A stretch of 64,000 nucleotides of DNA, taken from NCBI GenBank assembly GCA_002104905.1, contig MCFE01000236.1, forward strand, positions 1 to 64,000, read 5' to 3'. Below are positions 41,034-51,100 of the stretch, in pieces. The notes beneath the pieces were generated by a model, which saw only the letters and a list, made by a program, of their open reading frames with translations, was not told the DNA's origin and ran no database searches. How positions within the stretch are numbered: position 1 is the stretch's first letter; each line of letters starts with the position of its first letter. This stretch comes from Basidiobolus meristosporus CBS 931.73. Taxonomy: Eukaryota > Fungi > Basidiobolomycota. A program made the translations under genes and the position numbers.

Positions 41034-43393
41034 TCATTTGACGCTAGACTTTCGAAATTGTGGGTTGGTGGGTCCAGTTTGTGGTGCTTTGAACTTGATC
41101 TCCGCAAGCAGACAGATGTGGCTGAGGGTGGGATTGGTTAGTAAAAGCACCGCCTTTGAATCTGGATCAAATACATACTCGGATGGGTTTTGAGCATTCG
41201 GGAAGCCGACATTTCGTGAGACATACTCTGCATCCAGCCCTCCCAGCAGTCCATTGACCGACAACATTCCAGTGCTATGCCAAATGTAATCAATAACACC
41301 GGTAAAGTGAGCAGTGAAGTTGGTGAATGGTAGCTCTCCAATTTGTGAATAGGCGCTTCTAAGAGGGATTTTGTGCGCCAGCCCCTTGGAGGTGAACTTG
41401 CCATAGTTATGATCGACCAAATCTTCATGATCACAAGTCACGGAGCCTCTGGATAAAAACTCGCAAACACCAGATGTAGGCGAAGAATTGAAATCGCCAC
41501 AGATGAGAATGGGAAGCTTGCTGATGTCTTTGTAGCCCAAGCGGTAGCTCTTTATCCATTCACTTCCGTGTCGTGTGATTTCGTTCATGAGCATGCTGAC
41601 CTGGATTAATTTTACGTCGGCGAATGTGGGATCCCAGTGTATATGGGCATTCGCTACCAGTAATTGCTGCTTGCTGTCTTTGGTTTCCAACAATGCTAAT
41701 CCTGATATGTTATCCTTCGTCATGAACCGATTGAAGAAATCCTCGGTTTTTTCAAAGTCTGGATGCTTCATGGCCACTTGCGTGAATTCAACGATCTGCT
41801 TATCTAAGATGTTGAACCTATATGGAATACATTGAGAAGTCTGTTTCACGGCCTCATCCCAACAATATACGTACATTGAGGATTTAAAGAATGTTGCACA
41901 GCCATCTACGGATTTCCGCTCCCATTCGCTCATGGTCTTGGCTCTACTCTTGACCCAGAACACACTATCATAATCCGCCTGTTTCAGCTGTTCGCAAAAG
42001 AATTCCTCATATTGAGAGGCCTCAACTTCCTAGACTCACTTGCTGTTACTTTCGTATAGTTTGATAGTTGCATACTCCAATAGTAACTTGCCTGTAAACA
42101 AAGGATGTCCGGATTATAAGAGAGGATTTCTTGCAAGATTAGATCTTTCCGGTACTCCCATTCAAGGGCCCAAGAGGGGGTATAGCCATATTGTTGTGAG
42201 GTGGCGTATTTTTCACTCAAGATGTTGTATGTCAAAATGGTAAATACATCTGTTGGAGGTTAATCGAATAACGGTCAGAATTTAGGCTGTAAGGCTAGCA
42301 TCAGAAATCGACTTGCCACTGTTATCTTGCTCCCCAGCATCGCTTTTCTCGCTCTCAAAAGTGAGCCATTCTCTTTCGGGTGGCGGAAGCGGCGCTGAAG
42401 AGAAATGTTACTGATTTAGCGCGTACTACATATTCCCTGTTGTAACATCATACCCGGGCAGTTATCTCGTAGATAGGCAATTAATTCAGCAATGCCATCT
42501 TTATACAGGATTGACATGAGTGGTTCTTTTATAGGGTTTCCCTCCAAACCAAGATTCTCCAGTTGGTACAAGGTACCAAGCTGCGGCGGCAGAGTCTCTA
42601 GTAGGTTGTCAAACATAAATAGTTCCTTCAAATTGATCAGAAATCCAAGCTCCGCGGGGACTGAGGTCAATTTGTTTCCCGAAATATCCAAGTGCGTGAG
42701 GTTTCTTAACCGACGAATCTCCGGAGTCAAAAAAGTGAGATTATTATGGTTGAGGTAAAGAGTAGTTAGGAACTGGTAGCTGAACAACTCTGTGCTCAAG
42801 TTCTTGAGGCCCATTCCACCAATATCCAGTACCGTCCATTGGTGACCATGCGTCCCATTTTTCCCGTTTTGCTGCTTATCTTGCGCTCTTTTCGTCAATC
42901 CGTTTATCGCTACTGTAGGATTGTTTGGGTCGGTTATGGTAATAGGATTACTATAGGCCGTAGAGCGTGATAATGCTGCGGCAGTTCTTGCATGGTGATG
43001 AGAACTGGAAGATTGTCGTGATATTTGGAGATAATTGATTTGATGCTGATGATGAGCAGTTGTAGCTGTTGGTAATGATGATACCATATTCAGCATGCTA
43101 TTGCTGTTAGGAGCTTGAGCATTCAATGACTGCGAATGTTGATTCAAAGAGATCCCAGGATTGAGCAGTGAGTTTTGGGATAAACTCATTTGACCGGAGT
43201 ATCTTGGAAGCATACTAGAGTACAACTGACTAGAGCCGTTGTACGAATTCATAGCTGGGGTTGGTGAAGTAGATGGTGATGGAGTATGATTGGATGAACG
43301 AATCGGACTACCATTAGTGTAAAGGAATTGCGATTGCATAGGGTGGCTAGAATAGCCACTATACCCATGCAACAGGTTATCCTTATCATTCAT
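41034..43393 (-). CDS. CCR4: Ccr4 deadenylase (low-complexity N-terminus, LRR, EEP nuclease)
   Basis: LRRs (LYLNHNNLTFL, LDISGNKLTSVP, LGLEGNP); MTYNILSEKYAT; CLQ|EVE; NAHIHWDP..DVKLIQV; ICGDFNS; IDYIW; PS|DHI. Confidence 0.96.
42030..42091 (-). other. Non-canonical GC-AG intron in CCR4
   Basis: CAG|GCAAGT...CTAG|GAA restores the conserved CLQ-E motif. No in-frame GT donor lies nearby. Confidence 0.8.
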
Positions 43394-44470
43394 TGCTTCA
43401 AACTGATCTGGGTAAAATATTTGTTACAGACTTATTAGTTCAAAAATACCAAACGCCATCTCTTTTCATTAACAACAAGAGTAAAGATTAAACCCTCACC
43501 TAGAATAGTGATGTCAAATTACAGTCCATATATCAAAGCACAAAGGTCACCTGAGGTGATTGTGGTACATAGCATAGAAGTATAGAAACTAGATGTTAGA
43601 AGGGATTTGATATTTCATGCTTGAAATCGAACGTGCAGCAAAACAACTCTTGTGACAACCGATATTTTCTTACCTTTATGTAGGGGGGTTTACTTTAGAA
43701 TGAAAGTGTATTTCAAAAAAGAGAGCTTTGAACTTTGGACAGACTTTTAAAATGAAAGGAAGAGAAGGGAAACACCGTTAGTGATAAAAGGGATACACAG
43801 GAACTTCAGGTCAAATTAAAGCATCAGTATGCTAGACTCTTTGGAAATCGATACTTTCGCAATGGATTTGATGATATTCTGGGACATTATCCAACCTGGA
43901 TAAATTCCTGGAATATCGATAAAATTGTAATCAGGCTCATCAAAAGATTACGTTCCCCTTTATTCCTTTAGTAGGCATTTTTCCTTTGTGCAACACAGAT
44001 TCAACAGACAGAAGCCGTGAGTAAAAAATCCTAACAAAAACAAAGCGGTCTAGTATGTAACCTGTAGGTATTGTTCGCCTTTACGGAATGCAGTACAATA
44101 GGGTTGGTCTGGTATACGGTTGACACGTAGTTATCCGGTACGTATCAAATTGGCTGTATTTCACAAACATCAATATTGGGCACGCTTTGATTAATTCAAC
44201 TTCACGCCATAAGCAGGGTTGCAATAAAAACTGGAATGCATGAGATCAGCTGAAAAGTGAGTGAGTAATGGTGGGCTTATTCAAATGCGGGGTGATAATC
44301 TATACGATATAATCACATAGAAATTACGATCAAATCAGAAGCGAGTTTGACGTTTCCCCAAAAAACCTGGAGATAATCAAATTTTTGAGCGGTGGAAGGG
44401 ATTTATGTGAAGACCAACAGAGGCTGCGTTCTGCACTTTGATTTACTTACCTCTTACCCTCTGCTAAATC

Positions 44471-44896
44471 ATGCTCAGATTCACCGCTCTTCGACCAATT
44501 GCCCGTTCTATCGTGGCTTCAAGCGTTACCAGAACTGCTTATCCTTCGGTCTATGGCTTCTCTCGCTTTTACTCCGCTGGTGCTCTTTCTCGCTCTGACA
44601 TTGAGAGCAGAATTTTGGATGTTTTGAGGGGTTACGACAAAGTCGATCAAAGCAAGGTACTCTTCACCTGTTTCCCCCCTATCTGTTAAAATTAAGTATG
44701 TTAACCTTCATACATTTAGCTGAACGCCCAATCCCACTTCAACAAGGATCTTGGCCTTGATAGTCTTGACACCGTCGAGGTTGTTATGGCTATTGAAGAG
44801 GAGTTCTCAGTTGAGATCCCTGACAAGGATGCCGATGAAATCAAGACTGTCGGCCATGCTATTGATTATATCACCAAGCGTGAAGATGCTCACTAA
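44471..44896 (+). CDS. ACP1: Mitochondrial acyl carrier protein (NDUFAB1-like), two exons
   Basis: Arg/Ser-rich presequence; [15 protein letters not shown]; [20 protein letters not shown] phosphopantetheine motif. Intron at ~44657-44719. Confidence 0.96.
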
Positions 44897-45224
44897 GCTC
44901 TAGCACTTGATATACGCACATGTAAAATCTATCCTTGCCACATTACAACAATTCAATAAACCATTCACCTTCTACAAAGTAGAGGCGGCCCCCGGTGGAT
45001 ATATAACTGCCTTTGTAGAAACGCAACTCAAAGGAAAGAGGCGAGATTGTAACAGAGTGATTACAGATGGAAACTTTTTTACCATTTATCAAACAAAAGA
45101 GGGAGGGAAAGTGAGAGCATGTCATGCGAGTCAAAAGATCTACGTTATAATAACAATGAAAATTGAGAATATAGTCAAATGCAACCATTTTACAATCGTG
45201 TAATTACGTAGGGAGTATTCTAGC

Positions 45225-46829
45225 CTATTCATCATAAAAACCAATACGTCTACCATGTAGCTGACGTTGCTTATTCATCTCTTGAGACCTTGACTTTGAT
45301 AGCTCCGAATTTTGAGATACAACGTAGCTAGGCGGATGGTGGCCTTCACCTTCAATATCTGGAGTGAAGGAGACCTCGAATATATCATGTAGAAGTTCAT
45401 TATGTTGGAAGTGGACATGAAGCCCTTCAGCTAGTGCTTCACGAAAAGCGTTCAACTGTTTGATTTCGCTCCAGCCGCTAAAGGTGATAACTTCTCCGTG
45501 AAATTTCAGTTTCACCTCGGGGGCTTCATCATCCTCGATGAAGCTTACGATGTCTCGAAAAGCAGAGCGTTGGGTAGAGCGATCCTTCTTTGAACGACGC
45601 TTGCTACCATCTGTAGCGAGCATGTTCAGTGAAATAAGAAGGTTATCCATTCTATCGTATCTGAATGGAGCATCCTAGTGCATAGAACGTGCTATGGTTA
45701 ATGTACATCCAAGGGAATGGTCATCGCAGGCTAAATATTTGGGGTAGAACTCACCGATTCACTGCTCAAAACCTCGATCATCAAGGCAATATTCTCTCCG
45801 CTAGAGACGCGTAGTTCCATAGAAGAAGATTCCAATAGTCGAGTCATGATAGGCATCGTACTACATAGAGTGATTAATGGTTGGTACTGGTAGCATGTTA
45901 ATCGCAAGACACTCACCTATCGAAAATATCACGAGTAACGCGTAAGCTCCCATCAAGCGTAGTATATAGCAAGCCATGGGCATTTATAGCACTCGCAATA
46001 GCTTGAGGTGTTTGATGGGAATCTTTAAATATGGTAGTAAGCATGTCCATAAGTTTCAAGGTTTCCTCCTCATCAGAGCTAGCAACAAAGCATATCATGG
46101 ATAGACAATTTATAGCCTGATAGTAACGGTTAATCATATATATATATGTATGTTGAGAGCTTAGATACAGAGAATACTTACAGCAGATAGAACGTTGCCG
46201 TCAGTGACGTTAGAAATAATGGTCTTTAGAATGGGCGCAAAATCACGATACAAGTCCTCTTCATCTGCTCCAAGCGTGATGAAACAAAGTGCAATCACTA
46301 TCACGGATGCAAGTACACTTGTTAGTCCCCTGTTGTGGCGAAGTATAACCGAGAAAAATACCTCGAGCAGATAAGATTTTCTCCTGGACACTGGCGGATT
46401 TTTTAATACATTTCTTGAGAGCGTCCATAGTAGTATTACGCTGTAAAGTCAGATCCTCGTTAAGATATCTGTGGCTCAAAAGTTTGGCAAGCCTTAAAAG
46501 AGCAGTCTCGCGAGTGCTATTATATGGTGGCTCAGAATATGGCTCAACAGTTACAGAGTGCATATAACCACTTACGTTGTTCTTTTCTCCGATAAGTCTT
46601 CTATGCCCTTCTTTAGTTCATCGCTCCAATCTATGATGGTGAGGTCGTCCTGGAAACTTGCGAGCGAATCCAAAGTAGAATCAGACCCCTCCGAGAGGCC
46701 GTCTTCATCTAAATCAGAAGCATGCCGACTGCCGGCTGGGGTGGTTGCACGACTAGAAGCCCTACTGGAGGCACGACTAGAGCTCTTGACGGCTTTCTTG
46801 AGTAAATCCTTTGGAGATAGGTGTGTCAT
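45225..46829 (-). CDS. IFRD (interferon-related developmental regulator) family protein, multi-exon
   Basis: IEDLSEKRTT|TRETAL; KKCIKK; AHGLLYT; IALMIE; KRRSKKDRSTQRSAFRDI; FREALAEGLHVHFQHNELLHDIF; RSQEMNKQR. Confidence 0.88.
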
Positions 46830-48133
46830 ATTAAATGCAAGTAGTTGAGAATACTCTAAACCAAAAAAGTAGTATTCCAAGTCAGAACTTTATATACTCG
46901 CCAATACACTAGAAAAGGAAATGCAAGTAGAGAAGTGTCAGTTTGGATTCCCCAAATTTTATATGATAGAAGAGTTACACTCAGCAAAAATTTCGACGTC
47001 ATACCAAAAGGAATTTCCTAATTATGAACAATCGCTTGCTGAGTGATCGAATGTTAGGATCAATGACATTCCAGTAACAGTCCACTTGCTCGAAAGTGGT
47101 CCCATTTCTAAATGCGGAACTGGGATGTTTTCTGCAGAAGGGCTTGACTGCAACTCATCAGGTGGTCATTGTGGAGTTGACAATTGGTTTGATTGAAAGA
47201 AAAATTGGGCAAAACTCGCTTCATCCCTCAATACTAACGTAATGTTCGTGGACTACATAAACCAAGTGATAAAACTGGTCTGTTCTCATGAAGCACCACC
47301 CACTAACGTGTTTATGCTGGATTGGCGGTGCCGATTATATTCCACGCAAAATGCAAGCTTCGCTTCACTGAGCAAAAATTCTCTCACGAAGATTGAACTG
47401 CTACTACATATTTATGCTTTCACGTGCCATCTGAAACGCTGTAATCTAGCCTCAACTGGCCGGCTAGGGATTCAGATTCATTGTGGGATGAGGGTAAGCT
47501 TGGTTCAACTGCTCCCCAATGTCAAATTAGCCATAGGCTGCTGATTGGTTTAGATTGAAGCTTTCGTTATGGACAAGACCAGCATCCCGCTAAGCTACAT
47601 TCTAGAGCGTCCCAAATGGATTATTAATAGTCCATGTAATATGACGTACTTTATAATTAATCGACACCAAGTTTCATTCTTCATGGATTGGTAATAGGCA
47701 TCGACTGCAAAAATCTTCCAGCTTCCACTATTGGTGTCTGCACTGCATGTGCCATGGCTGGTAGACGTGTATGAGTAACACTTCGTCATTTATGAAAGAA
47801 TTGTACTGAGTCAACGGCTGATGGATGATACTGCTAAGGTGATCAAACCAGTATCACAAATCGACGCTCGTCCAACAATGCTAGCAGGCCAATGTATAGT
47901 CCTGGTGAATATGTCAGGCGCATAATCATAATTGAACCAACATTTATTAATGAAAGGGAAAAGGGTGCATAAGAGAAAAATATACAAGAGACAACTGGAG
48001 ATTTATAGGCAGAAAAATTCATCCACTTCGTTAGTAACCCGAATAGGTTAGGGCTGCTTCCAAAGAGTATATGTACTCAATTTCTAAGATGCCATCGCAG
48101 GCTTGGTTAGGCTTTGTCCGAGATCTACGCAAC

Positions 48134-51100
48134 TTAAGAGCTGATGGATTCGATGTAAGCCAAAGCACGCTGCTTAACTTCTGTTTCGCTCTTCTCATCT
48201 CCGAATTTCTTCTCGTACGCCAACCATTTTTTGAAGAAAAACTTCATTTTCTTGGAAGATAGCTTCAAACTAGTGACTCGTTGGAAGAGACGACGGATGA
48301 TTGATTGATCGCCAACCCGGGTTTCCATGTCAAGGTAGATAGACCAGAGATCAACACGCTTGGGATAGTTACTCATGATACCTTCGAAAATGGTTCTACC
48401 ACGTTCAGGCTCACCATATTTGAATTCGAGTTGAGCAAACTTGGTGATGGTTTTGATGTGCTTCCTCTTGGCCAAGCTCTTCAGACTACGTTGCAGAAGT
48501 TCACGAGCAAGATCTACTTTACCTTGTTTCAAGTAAAAGAGACCAAAGTTTGTCCAAACCTTTGAGCTGGCGCCAAACTTTTTGGTGATGGTTTTGTAGA
48601 GCTGTTCAGCAAGGTCCAATTTATCGGAGCGCTCATAGATTTGCACAAGTTGGAGATAGATTTTCTTGGGCTCACACACTTGTGCGGCACGTTGAAAAAC
48701 TGCTTCAAGGGTTTCCTGAGTGCCAAACTTGTTTTCCAAATTCATCATGGCTACCCAAACGTTCATTCTTTCCTGCTCCTCACGGAAGTTGATGGCCTTG
48801 ATGGCTCGCTCTCCGATCTCGCGGGCCTTTTGGATTTCAGACAATTGAAGTTGGAAGGCCATATAGTTAATCCAAAGGTAGGACGAGTTGGGTGAGCCGA
48901 GTAGAAGTCGTTCATAGTCAGCTGCGACAGTGGGGGCAGAGTGGCCAAGCTCAGCAGTAACATCTACGGCCTCCGCCTTTTGGTTCTTCTTCTTCTTCTT
49001 CCTTTGGGTCTCATCATCGGAAGCATCGGAGTTATCGGAGTCACTGAGGTTCATCTCTTCCTTGCTTTCTTCGGTCTCGTCCCATTTGAATCCAGCGGTG
49101 GGCAAAACAGTGTCAACCTCCATTGCATCTACTTCTTCGTCACTTGGCTCATCATCGTCTTCATCTTCATCATCCTCGCTAGCATCACCCTCTTCGCTAT
49201 CCATTTCATCCTCATCCCCATCGTCTTCATCATCAGAAGCCTCGGCTTCAAGGTCGAGGAGGCTTTCGCCGGCTTCGTTTTCATCGTCCGAATCGTCTTC
49301 GACATCCATGGAATCCTCTAATTCCTCGTCCTCGCTGCTGTCAGACTCCATGTCGTCATCATTGAAGTAGGTGGCCTTGAGTCCGAAAGATACCTTTTTG
49401 TTTTCAGTGTCGATCTTCAAAATAACCGCCTTAACACGATCGCCGACAGAGTAGAGTTTGTTAAGGTCTTCAACCTTAGTATCCGACACTTCACTAATAT
49501 GGCATAGGCCACTAATGTTGCTGTCGTCGATTCTGATAAAGATGCCGTAGCTTTCGATGCGCTTGACGAAGCCCTTGATCTTCTCTCCCTCCTGGATATC
49601 AGCCAAGGTCAGCAAAGGAGCGACATTGGGATCTATTTGGGACTTCTTGAGGGAAAGTTCAACACGTTTTGCCGTAGGGTCAACTGCTAACACACGGGCA
49701 GTGACCAATTGACCAACTTTAACTTCGGTTTTCCACTCCTTCACAAAGGCATCGGAGATTTCCGAAATCTTCACGCGTCCAGCAATGTTGCGACTCAAGC
49801 TGACGAAACAGCCGTTGTCGTTGATATTTTTTATGTACCCACGGATGACACTGTTAACTTCGACTTGCTCGATCCCTTGAATTTGTGGGTCGACTGCCTC
49901 GATAGACTGATCGAAGTAGGAGGTTCTCAAAGAAAGGTCGATCTGGTGGTTTTGGGCATCCACAGCAAGTACGTGACATTTGACATACTGATCCTTTTTG
50001 AATTGTTTCAAAGGTTCTGGTACGTATGCGTCAAAGATATCTGTCATCCCGACTCGGCCAAACACATTCTTAGAGAGTTGGACGTTGAGGCCAGTAGGCT
50101 TAACGCTAGCAACACGGCCGATCAGAGAGGTGCCTGTCTTGACATCCTCAAAGGTATCAACAGGGCTTTTCTCCAGAAGAAGAGAAAGATCAAGGACATA
50201 CTTCTCTGTGTTGATGTCCAAAACATTGCAGCGCACCGCCATACCGGCAGTAAAATGCTTTGGAATGTTTTGTACGACTTCGATATCGTTGGATGTGTAA
50301 ATGGGAAGTACACGGCCACGCAAGTTGGGAGAGACATAGATCCACAGTCCATCATCGAGTGCCTTTTGGACAAATCCAGTCAACTCGGTACCTGCCTTCA
50401 ACTCTTCTAGTTGAGGACGACCAACCTCTAGTTTGTCTTGGGCTTTCATCTCGCTAGGCTTTATAGTCAATTCCACAACGGTCTTAGCGGCGGAGGTGCG
50501 GTGAGTGATAGGGAGATACTTGTGTGTCTTAGCGTCATGATATCCAATAACCTTGACATCAATGATAGATCCAGGTTTAAGATTCTTAAAGATGTGGGTC
50601 TTATCTTTGATGTCGTCAAACTGATCATAAATCTCTGAAATGTGTACTCTTCCCTTGATGTTCGCAGCCAAATTGATGTTGACCTGCAATTCTTTGATGG
50701 ATGCCACCTGGCCCTTAGTAATTCTCCCTGGCTGGTAGTCATCAAAGGTTTCGATAGTCTTGTCGAAAGGATCTTTAGCCAATCTAGCAAAGACGCCTTT
50801 AGCTGGCTTCACAGCAATCTCTTGACTAATGGTAGTCAAGACACGTTGGTGAGCACCTTTGATAATCTTGGATATAACAGCTTTCAGGGATTGTCCAGGC
50901 TTGTATCGGATGAATGGCTTAGCACGGTAATTATAAGATTTGGTTGATGCAAAAGCAATGAAGTTGCTATTGTTTGGAAGAGAAAGTACAAGGTAGTCCT
51001 CCTTTACAAGCTCTACAACACAATCTATCTGGCTCCCGCTTTTACTTGCGGTCTCCAACTTCTTGATGATAGCATTGGCTCCGCTCTTTTTCTTTTTGCC

